Shown: positions 37,097 to 51,229 of the stretch, one piece after another
How positions within the stretch are numbered: position 1 is the first letter of the stretch
Layout of the letters: each line of letters opens with the position of its first letter
NCBI RefSeq assembly: GCF_006345805.1
Contig: NC_043013.1
Location: 38,068,001-38,132,000 of the forward strand
DNA: 64,000 bases
From: Octopus sinensis
Lineage: Eukaryota
Reading direction: 5' to 3'
Notes under the pieces: generated by a model
The model's input: only the letters and a program-made list of their open reading frames with translations
What the model was told of the DNA's origin: nothing
The model's database searches: none
Translations under genes and position numbers: made by a program

Positions 37097-39250
37097 ATGG
37101 CCACTGACCACCACGAGGCTGAGTTGCAAGTGAAGCGTGACGCAGAAACAGAAAAACAGGATGCTCTGTTAGCATACGCCGAACTGACAACTCCACCACC
37201 ACCAACACAGCAACAAATACAAAACAAAGGTCGCAAGGCCAAGCACCGTCAACACCATCAGTGAGTCCACCACCACCACCAACACCATGGCAGAATCTGC
37301 TACTAAAACTGCTAAAACTGCTATCCTACTAAAGATATCGCCACCAATAACAACATCACCATCACGCCACCAAAGACCGTGCCGTCAATGCTACTAATAC
37401 TACCAACACCACCGCCGTCACCAAGAACGACAATAACAACAACAACCAACGACGACAACACAATTTCTTCAACCACTGCTCACTCCATCACCAACAAGTG
37501 AAAAAATAACGACGACAAGCAAACGAAATGTCGAATTTTGCCCTAGTGCAGGACTAAAGTACGCAGGCAATTTTCCACACCCCTTCCTACTAGCACGATC
37601 GAACCAACACCCAATTTTACAAACTGCAGCCAACAACAACAACATCACCACAAGCAACAACAATAACAAAACAACAACAACAAATTTCGCTGAGGCGATT
37701 AAAGAAAAAAAAACAACAATATACTTTACGGCTCAACAAATACAGGACACGAACATCAAAATAACAGAATCAGAAGGTATAGTAAAAATTAACATACCAG
37801 AAGATATTTTGGAAAATGAAAAAAGACGAACAATCATTTATAAAATAGTTAACAAAAACAAAAATCCCAGAGAAGGCCAACACAAGCAAAATAGAGAAGT
37901 GCTTGAAACCCATCTGGGATCACAAAGAATATGTAACCTGGTGGAACAAATTTGCCCACATACAAGTGTTTTCTACACCGAAGAGTTAGCTAGACATTTC
38001 TCAACGCTAACTCTTCACTCAGATGAACTCCAACTTACACCAAGCTATCGGGGACAGAAAGTGACTAAGATCACTCTAAACAATGTCCCCAAAATAGCCA
38101 ATAGTCTATGGCTTGTAAAGGCCTTATGCGTAAAAATGGCGAATTATACTATTTTGGAAACCACAGTCACAGAGCATAAAAACTGGGTGGGACAAAAAAT
38201 AGAATTTCTTCTACATATACATCATGAGGATATTAAAAAAATACCCACCCAGATATGTGTATCAGACGACCACAAGTTATATGTGGTCGTCGATGGCAGA
38301 AGACCACGTTGCTACATATGCGGCAGTGAGCAACACCTCAAAAAAGACTGCAAATCTGCCGCAAGAAAACAACAGCAACAACAACAGCAGCCGGAAACAA
38401 AAACAAATAAACAAGGTTTACTACCCACACCACTTTTTGCAGGAACAAACCTCACCAAACAAACAACCACACCAACTGCAGCACCAAGAACAGAAGCAGC
38501 ATCACCAACAACAACAACCAAGAATATACCAACTCCCAAACCAAGGACATCTGCCAAAAAGACACCCAGCAAAAATGAAGAAACAATTACAACTCCAATC
38601 CCCACAAAATTGAGACCCTAAACAACACACAATACCCACAATCACTCAAACACACAAAATACCCAAACCCCACATCCAAAACCGCATACACCACAACCAA
38701 ACGCTCACCAACCAACACCAACAACAAACCAACACAGTCGACAATAGACCCCAATTCTTTCCCTCTTCCAGACTCCGATTCGTCTGATCTGTCATTAGAC
38801 GAAGAAGACACGGAAGATTGGCAAATAGCCACAGGGGGGAGAAGAAAAAGGGAAAAAAAAGAAAAGAAAAAATAACAAACAAAGCGGGAAGATACACCAC
38901 TCCCGAAACAAAAACATCCACAGAAAACACACACATCAACACAAACACACCATCATCAAACCCCCCAAAAATGTTGACAGCCATAAACACAAACAACCAC
39001 GACCTAATGGAACACATTAGGTCAAACACTAATTACTGAAAACGACATAAAAACAAGTAACCACCCACATACAACACCACCACAACACATTAAAATAATA
39101 CACGTGACACAGAACACATACAGCACCCTGAAATCTCTTTACCCTGATGCAGTAGGGAGATTTCAAAAGTACTCATCGAAAAAACTGTATAAAAGCCTCA
39201 TAGAAGAAGACCGTGAGGTGAAAGACAAAGAACTTTCGAAAAACAAGTAA
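37097..39250 (+). pseudogene. LINE ORF1, frameshifted, with a CX2CX4HX4C knuckle
   Basis: Starts MATDHHEAELQ; T/P/N-rich low complexity; GRRPRCYICGSEQHLKKDC; basic KKRKEK stretch; ends ..KELSKNK*. Confidence 0.75.
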
Positions 39251-39291
39251 CCTTTCTCTCTCCTTTTCCTTTTTTGCACTTTTATCGGAAC

Positions 39292-42200
39292 ATGCTCAGA
39301 ATAGGTAGTATAAATGTACGTGGCTTGGGGTCGCCTTGGAAACAAGGCTACCTGTTAAATGACATCAAGTCACTAAATCTGAATATCATAGCCATCAGTG
39401 AGACCAGACTCCACAGCTTGCGGGCACTCCAGCACATTTTCGGTACACATTTCAACATTTATTTTTCTCCGTGTCTACCGAGAATGGGCGGAGGTGGCAC
39501 CGCGGTGCTTATCCGGAAGAGTCTGGATCTCAAAGTAAGAGCAAATTTCCTAGACCCGGAGGGTAGGCTGGTCGTTTTGGATGTCGATGGCAGCAATGAG
39601 TGTGCTTTTCGACTGATAGCAGTTTATGCTCCGTCCTTAACAGGCCGACCATTTCTTTCGACGTCTAGAGTCTTTCATGGGAACGTCTCGTCCTTTACTT
39701 TTAGTGGGGGATTGGAATGCCACCCTGGACACGCATCTAGACTACGTGGGCAGAGATAGCAATAGAAGGGGATGCAAATGCCTCAAAGACCTGCTCAGAC
39801 GTTTCCAACTGTCTGACAGGTACCGACTGGACCACCCGAATGTGCCAATGTGGACATGGAGTAACCGCATCGGGTCGTCCAGATCATACTTAGACAGAGT
39901 ATTCTGTAGGACAATAGATAAAAATAGTGTAGGTTGTCCACAATTTCATATAGTCAGTTACACAGATCACAAGTTTGTGACTTGTACACTTGACTTAGAT
40001 AAGACACATAGGCAGGGTCCTGGTTACTGGAACTGAACGCGTCTTTTACAGCACGACAGGTTTACAGGGACCGGATCAGCACATTAGTTAAGAGAGCTTT
40101 GACGGTACCATCATCAACAACAGATGGTGGTATGCCCTAAAAAAGCGATTAAAGCAGAATCAGTCAGATACAGTAGAGCCTTAGCATTAGACCGAAATAG
40201 AATAGAGGGAGAATTAGTTAAGGTTTTAGAAGAGGCACTTAGAACTGGCATCGCGTCCAACGTACTGGCGGCGAGATTGGCCCTCGACCAACACCTCAAC
40301 GCCAAACACGAGGGATGCGTTGTCAGAGCTAGGATGCGTGCTCTGAGGAACGAAGGAGTTGGAGCCGCCCAAGAGGCCCGAGTGGTGGAGACGCAACGAG
40401 GCAACAGAGCCACCATCAAGTCTCTTATAGATGAACAGGGGCGCGAATTGCTCGAGCCTAAAAGGATGTGTGGGGTTTTTCAACAACACTTCACCCAACT
40501 GTTTGGGACAAGTGGTGAGTCAGAAAGCAGAGTGGACTTTAGTGCCTACCTGCATGCCTTGCCACGACTCTCAGCAAGGGAGGTGGAGTCTTGTGAAAAG
40601 CCTATCACAGCTGCGGATGTACAGGATGCGATGGTAGGCTGCGCGAGAGACAAGTCACCAGGCTTGGATGGTCTGCCCTACGAATTTTATTTTCATATGC
40701 CAGACTTGTTTGGAGGCGTCTTGGCAGCTGTCTACTGCAACTGGCAGCAGAACGGGAGTATTCCTGCTTTTGTAAAGCGAGGAGCAGTGGCACTGATCAA
40801 GAAAGACCCAAACAAGGGGGACGTCATAGATAATTTCAGGCCCATCACTCTGCTCAACGCAGATTTGAAAATTTTGGCCAAGGTGTTAGCCGAGAGGTTG
40901 GCGCTTGTCATCAAGAAACTAATCGACAAGGCGCAAACATGCGCCGTGCCGGGTAGAAGTATTCATGACAACCTCCATCTGATGCGCTACATCATAGACA
41001 GGTAGTTAAAAATCCTGGCATGGGTGGGCGCTGATCAATTTGGATCAATCAAAAGCCTTCGATAGGGTAGACCATCACTACTTGGAGGCTGTCCTCAAAG
41101 CGGCTGGTTTCGGTCCAGTTTTCCGCGGTTGGATCGCTGCCTTATACAGCGGCATCCGCTCAGTAGTTCGCGTAAATGGTCATCTATCCAGACCTTTTAA
41201 CATCATGCGTTCGGTTCGTCAGGGATGCCCTCTCATCGCTGCTGTATGTACTGACTCTTGAGCCACTACTGCGGAAACTGGCGACGCTGAGGGGCATCCC
41301 ACGAGAGCTGGGATGCGGGAGGAGCGTGTCTGCATACGCGGATGACGTCACCGTCATAGTGTCGAGCTACGAGCACATCGAGCTGGTCGGCGAGACACTG
41401 AAAGAATACGAAGCGGTAACGGGAGCAAAAATTAACCGGGAAAAGTCAGTGGGCTTGCGGCTCGGCACCTGGAGAAGCAAGCCCATGCCGTCCAACAGCG
41501 TCTCCATCGTGGGACGCTGGACGGACGGACCGGTTAAATTGCTCGGGGTCTGGTTCGGTCCGGACCTCCAAATGGAGAAGAAACTGGGGCGCGATATACG
41601 ACTAGGGTGGCTTCTCTCACCCAGAAATGGACTGAGAGAAAGCTATCCCTAAAAGGTCGGGCGGAGGTGGCGAACGCGTACATCGCATCCGTCATCGAGT
41701 ATCGTCTGACCGTCGTGCCTTGTCCCGACCCTACCATCACCAAACTGGAACGCATACTCTTCCGCTTCTTGTGGAAGGGAAACGTTCCGATGGTTAGGCG
41801 ATCCATTTGCTGCCAACACCCGCTAAATGGAGGGCTGGGCATGCCGTGGTTGATGATGCGCAGACATGCGCTGAGACTGCGACATCTCCGGCGCTTCATA
41901 GACAACGGTGAACAGGGGTGGTCGCCTTTTGTGCGGCGCGCTTTCCCGCAGCTCGTCTCCTTGGACGAACTACAGTCATGGATCAAGCAGAGACCGAGGC
42001 TAGGCGAATGGCACCGCGAGTGTCGCGTTGCTCTCAAGCAACTCTGCCGTCCGGGATCGAACTTGTGCGACTCCATCACAACAAAGGCATTCTATAGAGG
42101 ATTAGTGGAGGGGAGGTGCGACGACGAACTCGGGCAGAGTCTGGGCGTCGACGAGGAACACCTGACCCGCCTGTTCAGGACAACTTTCGGGCCGGGACCT

Positions 42201-42720
42201 ATGAACAATCACCAAAGATCCCTGGCCTGGCAGTGCTATCGAGAAGCATTACCTGTTCGGGGTAAGCTCTACAGACACGGTTCCAGACACACTGGACCGA
42301 CTTGCCCGAGATGCGGTCAGAGCGACGAAACCGTTCTGCACGCACTCGTGCAATGTCATCCATTTCCGACCTGTGGGCTTATGCCGAACGGCTGCTGTCA
42401 CGTGTGGGACGAATCCGCCTATCGGCCGAGTCTATCGTGAGAATTGCTCCGCCCCCTTCCCTCAACCGGGAAGGCAAGGCAGTTTTCATCGTACTGGTGG
42501 CCATGGTGAAAGAATGTGTGTGGTGGACTCGAGCGAAAGGATTAGAGAGAAACACTTACCTCTCTGGCCAATCGCTCATCAACTTTTTCAAGTACCACTT
42601 GAAAAGGAAGGTGAGAATGGAGAGGGAAGTTTTGTCTCGCGAAAGATTCAAAAAAGATGGGTGAATGTTGCAAAGATGGTGCGTGCTAGTAACGAAACCA
42701 TTTTGAGCATGATCCTGTAG
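39292..42720 (+). pseudogene. LINE ORF2 (APE endonuclease, reverse transcriptase, zinc finger) with multiple frameshifts
   Basis: SINVRGL, ISETRL, VGDWNATLD, YLDRVF, TDHKFV (APE); KSPGLDGLPYEFY, FRPITLLNADLKILAK, DQSKAFDRVDH, RQGCPL, AYADDV (RT); CPRCGQSDETVLHALVQC. Confidence 0.93.
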
Positions 42721-43015
42721 ATCGTAAAAAAGAAAGAAAGAGAGCATTTTTGACCTCATGTGTTTATTTCCTCCCTGACTGGGGTTCCCGTGGTCTTTCT
42801 GTAGGCTTTTCTTCCCACGGATGAACCAATCTTGTTATATCAATGTACACACCATTTTCTGTGATACACGATTTTCCTTTTTCCTTTTTTTTCTCCTCTC
42901 GATCCCTTTTGATCGCAATCTTACATTTTTTATTTTTTTCCACCCTCGAAAAGAAAAGCTCTGCATTTGTATTTGTCCCCTCTGTATTCAGCCCTGTGTG
43001 GCTAATAAAAGAAAG

Positions 43016-43081
<66 letters not shown>

Positions 43082-43126
43082 GTCTGTCTATATAGCTATC
43101 TATCTATCTATCGATCTATCTATCTG

Positions 43127-43178
<52 letters not shown>

Positions 43179-43312
43179 ACTATCTCTCTACCTATCTATC
43201 TATCTGTCTATCTATATATCTATCTATCTACTATCTATCCTATCTATCGACTATCTATCTATCTGTCTATCTATCTACATCTATCATCTTATCTATCTAT
43301 CAATCTATCCAC

Positions 43313-43395
<83 letters not shown>

Positions 43396-43397
43396 GT

Positions 43398-43425
<28 letters not shown>
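43016..43425. repeat. Long (ATCT)n microsatellite
   Basis: Seen directly. Confidence 0.95.
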
Positions 43426-43438
<13 letters not shown>

Positions 43439-44002
43439 TTACCTATCTCCTATCTCCTCCTTTACTTCCATCTCCTCCTCCTTCTTTCCATTGTCCTACC
43501 TCTCCTTTTACTATTTACCCCTCTCTCTATCTTCAAACACTTATTCCATTTCCCTCTTACATTCTTTGAGCTTCCTAAATATCACTTTCTTCTCTCCTTC
43601 CGGTCATTACACTCTCTCATTCTCTTTTTCCTTTTCTGCTTTTTTTTCTCTCTCTCAAACACTTTCAATGTTTATGTCTGCTTTCTGTCACTTCGTTTTC
43701 TTTGGTATATAAAAGACATAAGTGTTTGTGCGCGTATTTGTACGTGTGTGTATGAATGCGTACACAGCGCCATCTTTAACATTTCATTCTGCTTCCTCCA
43801 CCACCCCCGTCGTTCATGTTTTCTATATTCTTCATTATATTTTGTTCTCGCACTTCTTTATGCTTCATAATCAGGCTTTAGAGAATATGCAAAATTACGG
43901 GGAAAATGGGACAGGGGGAAATATTGGCGGGGATGGAATAGCATAAATTAATCTAACCAGCAAGAGACACACACACCCACACTCACACACACACACACAC
44001 AG

Positions 44003-44039
<37 letters not shown>

Positions 44040-44733
44040 CATGTATGTATGTATGTATGTATGTATGTATGTATATATATATGTACATACACATACATAT
44101 GTTTATGTATGTAAGTACATGCTAATATATATATATATACGTATATATATGTATGTATGTATATATATATATACATATATATATGTATGTATATATTAAT
44201 ATATATATATATATACATACATACATACATATATATATGTGTGTGTGTGTGTATATATATATATGCATATATATACATACATAATACATACATACCGACA
44301 CGAAAAGATGGAAACTATTTTATATGCTTATGTGTTTGTATATGTGTATGTATACGTATGTATGTATAAAGAATTTAAAAAGCAGTAAAAAGAAAGAAGC
44401 CATTATGGAAGAGCGTGAATCCATTTTCTTCCAGATGGCACACATCATGACTGGGATTAGCCAGACTAATATTCACTCCGGCACGGATGGCACAAAAGAA
44501 AATCCTCCAAGACAACGCAAGGGTTGAGCATAATTCAAATGCGCTAAAAACCATGATTTGACGACATTTTATTTGTTATATATGTATGTATGTGTGTGTG
44601 TGTGTGTGTGTGTGATTGAGTACGTGTGTGTGTGTGTGTGTGTGCGTGTATGCATGCATGTGTACGCACGTATGTAGGCGTATACGTACATACGTACATG
44701 CACGCAGATACACATATACACATATACATATAA

Positions 44734-44766
<33 letters not shown>

Positions 44767-44905
44767 AATACATTTACACAAACACAGACACAGTCACAGA
44801 TACTTATATATGCGAGCACACACAACACACACATATATATATGTATATATATATATATACATATATATAATACAAATATATATATATACATATATATATA
44901 TAAAT

Positions 44906-44957
<52 letters not shown>

Positions 44958-45874
44958 TATATCATATATATATTACTATATATATATATAGTATATATAT
45001 ATATATCTATATAGAATAGATAGATAGATAGATAGATAGATCAGATAGATAGTAGATAGATAGATAGATAGATATATGATATATATACCAAATCTGCACA
45101 TATATAGATGCATACACAGAGATACAGACACACACATGCACACACATATGCATATATGTGTGTATATGTATATCTGTATACATAAATCCTTCTTCATTCA
45201 GATATATTTACCGCATAAGAATAATAATCATTGTCTCTCACTCGCACCCACAATTAAGTCACGCATACACGTAATCAGATGCTCAGAGCTAACTCTATAG
45301 AACGCTCCTTCCATATGCTTTCAAATTCTATGTGTGCATTACGAGCGTGTATATGGCCTTGTGTACACATACATACACACACGCTCACATATATATGTAA
45401 ATGAATTTATGTCATTGAACGTAGAGAGGTGAAAATAGTGAAGGGTTGAGGAAGGAAGAAAAACAATCAACAACAATTTCTTTTGTGAGCCACAAAGGTC
45501 CAAGACATCGGGGACAGTAGAAAGGTGAAATACATGGGGATAAATATAATGAAAAAAGATATGGGATGTAAATAGCAATAAAGACAATATCCATCTGATC
45601 TTTTGAGTAAACAAAGAGAACACTTTAAATTTTGGGAAAACAAAATGTATTAACCTTCTTTCTGTCGCCCACATTATGACAGAGCATCGAGCAAAAGCAG
45701 GTTTCTTTTGGTTACGCTGTGCCGCCAATCAGTCGTTCTTTTACCCAGCTCATTGGTTCTCAAGCGGGGTCCACATAACATTTATTGAGGGTCACACAAC
45801 GAAGTAGTAAATTGGGGACCCACATATTAAAGTTTCATCAAAAAAATTTTGATTTTAGATGTATCTATTGACGC

Positions 45875-46105
45875 ATGCGTGTTTGTTGTGGTAAGTAGTT
45901 TGCAAGTAGGAAGTAAACCACATGGTTACGGGTTCAATCCTACTGCGTAGCAGCTTGGGCAAGTGTCTTCTACTATAGACTCGAGCCGACCAAAGCCTTG
46001 TCAGTGAATCTGGTCGACGAAAACAGAAACTAGCCTGTAGAATATTTACGTGTATGTATATTTGTGTGTGTATGAGTGTGTGTATAAGTGTGTGTGTGTG
46101 TGTGT

Positions 46106-46142
<37 letters not shown>

Positions 46143-46370
46143 ATTCGTGTCTGCATCTTTGTATTTGTGTTTGTCTTCACCACCGCTTAAAACGGTGCTG
46201 GTCTGTTTACGTCCACATAACATTAGCGGTTCGGTAAAAGAGACCGATAGAATAAGTATCGGGCTTTAAAAACTAAGAACCGTGGTCTATTCGTTCGGCT
46301 AAAATTCATTCGGATAAAATTCTTCAGGGTTTTTCCCCAGCATAGCCGCAGTGTAATGGCTGATACAAAC
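45875..46370 (+). mobile_element. SINE family A, diverged full length
   Basis: Head, (GT)n interior and tail of family A. Confidence 0.7.
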
Positions 46371-46879
46371 GAAAGAGGAAGATTGCAAATGACAGCTAGA
46401 TTTCTTTTTCTAGCGTTTTTCCAAACAACTTAATGTGTGAAAAGCAAAATAAGAATTTTGAAAGAAGTATCTATAAAACTAATCTTTAGATGTCAATTGT
46501 CTTTGGGGAACCACCAGCGTAGAAAAGAATTCAAAAGAATCCATAGAAAAAAAGTGATTGACAACCACAGGCCTGGATGGTCCATACTGAAACCATGTTG
46601 TTAGTGATAACAAAATAAGTAATTTTTCTAATTCATGGCTGGTACCAACATTTCCAGATTTATTTTCGTTCGGCAAAATTCGTATTTCTCGATGATTTTG
46701 TCGCCAAACTTGTCATTAGAATTGTCCACATTACTGGTGTTACCTATAGCATTTTCGTTATTTTTAAATCATTTTTTCAATTAACATTTTTTATGTTTTC
46801 GTATGTTCAACGAATTTTGTTTGAGGAGATGTAATTAATGCAACTTCATTTTCGTTGCTAGCTTTCATTGACCTATTGC

Positions 46880-46975
<96 letters not shown>

Positions 46976-47319
46976 GTGTGAAAATTATTGTGGACACAAC
47001 TCGCTTAGGGGTCAGTGTAAGTGAGAGGTATTAACATGCTATGCATTTTCGCTTGGTTGAAACGATTCTCATCAGCAGATGATATATCTTAGTATACAAA
47101 TGCTTTATAGAAAAGTAAGGGATCTGGACCAGGTGTAATCGATTAAAAATTAAATGACAACAAAACGTGAACGACATTACTTTTAATAACTTACTCTTAT
47201 TTCTGCCCTAAGTATGCATGTACCGAAATGTGAGTGCACGCTTACTTGGGAGGTGCATACTGTGCTTTAAGGCATTCATATATTTGGAAACGAGCGGGCA
47301 CACACAAACGCGTGCGTAC

Positions 47320-47350
<31 letters not shown>

Positions 47351-47929
47351 GTATGTATGTATGTATGTATGTATGTATGTATGTATGTGTGTATGTATGT
47401 ATGTATGTATGCATGTATGTATGTATGTGTGTGTGTATGCATGCATACGTTGATGGATGGATGAATGGTCATTTTGATGGATGGATGAATGGAAAACTTC
47501 GTTGATAGAAATTTGCGCAGGTTGGGCCTCTATAGACAAGAACAGACGCCCCAGATAAAGCCCTTTACTTAGTACCGTGGTCTATTCGTTCGGCTAAAAT
47601 TCTTCAAGGCTGTTCCCCTGCATAGCCGCAGTGTAATGGCCGAGACAAAGGAAGGAGAAAAGGATTGCAAAGAGCAACTAGATTTCTTTCTCCAGCGTTT
47701 TTGGGAAAGAGAAAAGAAACGAAGGAAGGCCTAGACTGAGAGCCAATGATATTGAAAAAAGGAATACGAAGTGGAAAGGAACCGAGCATAATAAATGGAA
47801 AAACCAAAGCGAAGAACCAACCAGTATCGAGAAAGGTTATCAAATAATGCGAAAGCCAGACTAACTGCAGATAATGTATGTAGGTATGTACGTATGTATG
47901 TAAGTATGTTGTATGTATGTATTTGTATG

Positions 47930-47960
<31 letters not shown>

Positions 47961-48279
47961 TGTATTTGTATGTATGTATTTGTATGTATACATGTATATA
48001 TGTATGTATTTGTATGTATGCATGTGTATATGTTTGTATTTGTATGTATGTATTTGTATGCATGTATTCGTGCATGCGTCTGTATGTATATATGTCTGCA
48101 TGTATGTAATGTATTTGTATGTATGTAAGTATTTGTATGTATGTAAGTATTTGTATGTATGTAAGTATTTGTATGTATGCATGTATGTGTGTGAATGTGT
48201 ATATGTATGCATATATGCAAGTATGTATGTACGTATATATGTATTTGTATGTATGCATATATTTGTATGTTTGTATGTA

Positions 48280-48632
48280 CACTGGAGCACCGCCTTTAGT
48301 CGAACAAATCGATCCCAGGACTTTTTCTTTGTAAGCCTACTTCTTATTGCATTGGTCTTTTTTGCCAATCCGCTAAGTTACTGGGATGCAAACACACCAA
48401 CATCTGTTGTCAAGCGATGGAGGAGGGACAAACACAAACGCACAAATACATGTATACATACATAGGTACGAACATACATACATATATACATATAAACACA
48501 CACACGGCAGGCCTCTTTCTGTTTCCATCTACCAAATCCACTCACAAGGCTTTGGTTGATCCGAGGCTATATAGAAGACACATGCCCAAGATGCCACGCA
48601 GTGGGATTGAACCCGGAACCATGTGGTTGGGA
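48280..48632 (-). mobile_element. SINE family A
   Basis: Family A consensus, reverse complement. Confidence 0.75.
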
Positions 48633-48633
48633 T

Positions 48634-48810
48634 TTTATTATATAAAATCCGTTCTGTCTGTTTCAGTGTGTGTCTTCTAGGATCTCGGGCATCCTCCATC
48701 CGATTGCGCTCAAATTTGATATGTAGACACCGACGGTATCAGGGTGTGTATAAGTCTTGAAAAAATTACAAAAATCGATTCCAGGTGAGAATGCAATCGA
48801 TAAAGCCGTT
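48634..48810 (+). mobile_element. Helitron-like non-autonomous element, 5' part
   Basis: TTATTATATAAAATCCGTTCTGTCTG..CATCCGATTGCGCTCAAATTTG resembles Helitron-type MITE starts. Confidence 0.4.
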
Positions 48811-49470
48811 GTGTTCTCGCAGTCAACAGCATTAACATTAATGGTAATTTAAACTTTTCGGTTGCATATTTGTGTGAATAAAATCGTTTTTCTTTGGAAT
48901 AGAAAAAAGTCTATCCTTATTTCTTCTTTTGCTGGTGTCTCAAATTTAGGTTAAATCAGTGTTTCTCAAAGGGGAGACCTATGGGACGGTCGGACAAGTT
49001 GTTTTCAGAAAATTTGGTTTAAATGTTTGACAACTCGGCACCGTCCATTGGATGGGGTGCGTTATGCTCGTATATATATATATATATACTGAGAGAAAGA
49101 GAGAGTGTCTGACTAGAAGACAGACAGACAAACGAACAGACAGTTGGTAAATTGGGATATATAATCGACGGATTAACCTGATATATACATAATGATTTCG
49201 CTCAGCCGAAACGATTCTCATTAGCAGTTGATATAACTCAATATACAAATGTTTTATGCTAAAGAAAAAGATATGGACAAGGCATAATCATTTAGAAAAT
49301 GAATGACAACAAAACAGGAATGACATTACTTTCAATCACGTACAGCTATTTCTGCCATAAGTACGCATGTACCTAAATGTGAGTACACACATACGAGGTA
49401 AATACGGACCTTTTTTCATTCATCTACATGCATAGACACACACACACGAACACACACGCACGCATATGTG

Positions 49471-49519
<49 letters not shown>

Positions 49520-49529
49520 ATGTCTCTCT

Positions 49530-49795
49530 ATCCAATCACAATCGAGGGGGCACCTGTAAAAGACGTTAGTGAGTTTGTCTATCTTGGCAGCATGATCAGC
49601 AAATCAGAAGGATCAGACCAGGGCATCACGGCGAGAAGCAAGAAGGCTTGGCAAGCCTTCGCTATTCTTCGGTCGGTATGGAAGTCCACTGCCATCTCAA
49701 CACGAACTAAACTCCGCTTATTTAGTTCAAACGTAAAATCTGTGCTTTTGTATGGCTCTGAAACATGGAGAGCCACCCGCAGCAACTACAAAAAG
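49530..49795 (+). mobile_element. RTE-clade LINE fragment
   Basis: IEGAPVKDVSEFVYLGS..TKLRLFSSNVKSVLLYGSETW. Confidence 0.85.
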
Positions 49796-50574
49796 AAAAC
49801 ATAAAAACAAAAATATAGAAACGAACTTTTTTCGAACAACGAAAAAATAACAAACAAACAGAGAAACGAGACATACAACATAAAGAATATTCCTCTTCTT
49901 CAGTTGTCCCTGTTTCAACAACTCCGCGCCTCGAAGGCAAGGACAAGACGCGACTTCATTGGAACAGCCCTTCCTGCAATGCAAATTAAATAAAATTTGG
50001 GATTTTTTGCGGAGGGTGAAAGTGGTAACAACAGGACAGTAAGAACAAAACAGTAAAAACAAACGGTGAGGGTTGTTAAGCCAAGACGATACAAAAATTA
50101 TTATGAAGTTATGTAGATAGGTAGGTAGGTAGGTAGGCAGGCAGGCAGGTAGGTAGGCAGGTATGCATGCATGTATGTGTGAATGTATATATCAGTGTTT
50201 GTATATATAGCAAAGTCCAAAAGTATAAAAAAATATTATACATTTATTAAGAAGCTTACGCGCATTTCAGATAGACTTAACAGTTCCAAAATTCTGTGAT
50301 GCAATAATCATGCATATGGATTAATTCTATATTTCATCAACCACGATACTACGGAGAGAGAGAAATCTAACACCATTGTATCTTTATCAAAGCTATACCA
50401 CACAAAACCTGCAATTTTTAGGTGGTGGGGACATTAGTACTTTCCAGAAAATTTTATATTTAACTTGCACATAACTTTATGGGCCCTGGAGATGACGCAC
50501 AAATATGAACTTGGCAGGATTTAGACACACAGATGAGAAGAAATACGAAAGTCATGTCATGTCACTTTAGATCT

Positions 50575-50975
50575 TACCATAAGGTCTTCGAATTAATGCT
50601 GCTGAATACGTTGATGTGCTGAAGGGGATCGTTAAACCCTAGAATGGTGAAGGGTGAACTTCGCAGTGGGAGGCGCGTTTCCATAGGGCTCAGAACAGTC
50701 CTTCTGCGCCATGTATCCCAACAATGGACGCCAGATCATCTTTACGATTATATTAACACCAAACTTGCGAATCTCCAAACACACCAGATTTAATTTCGCT
50801 GAGTTTTGTCGAAAGGGAGACTAATCTTCATCCTCACAATAACATATTTTCAATGAAAGCTGCGGACTGTGCAGGCGATGTTCGAAATATAAATGATCAT
50901 TTAGCGCAGACATGTAAAAGATTTTGGTTTTGGATTAAAGCAGTCATCGCAACTGAAGGCGAATTCACAGAAGCT
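50575..50975 (+). mobile_element. Highly decayed Tc1/mariner (maT/DD37D-like) transposase fragment
   Basis: GLRINAAEYVDVLKGIVKP.., ERETNLHPHNN, IKAVIATEGEFTE in shifting frames. Confidence 0.55.
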
Positions 50976-51185
50976 TCTGAAGCTTAAAGAAGCTGTTGAA
51001 ACGTATTTCTAGCAGAAGTATTTTTGCTAAGTTAGAGTTATTTCTGAAATTACCAAATATGTCTTGAAATACCTTTCGCAACCTGCATATAAGGTATATA
51101 CGTACACACACACACCCATCCATCTATCCATGCATGTATGCATCCATCCATCCATACATACGTAGATATATATATATATATATAT

Positions 51186-51229
<44 letters not shown>

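Larger units (their letters stand above)
36880..43015 (+). mobile_element. Near full-length Tx1/L1-clade LINE inserted in (ATCT)n
   Basis: ORF1 with a zinc knuckle; ORF2 with APE, RT and a C-terminal zinc finger; both flanks are (ATCT)n. Confidence 0.92.

Noticed and set aside
47035-47085. CTGATGAG..CGAAA on the minus strand as a hammerhead
   Set aside because: Stem II has only one pair, no NUH sits in register with a stem I, and the two paralogues have broken cores (CTAATGA, CAAATGA).
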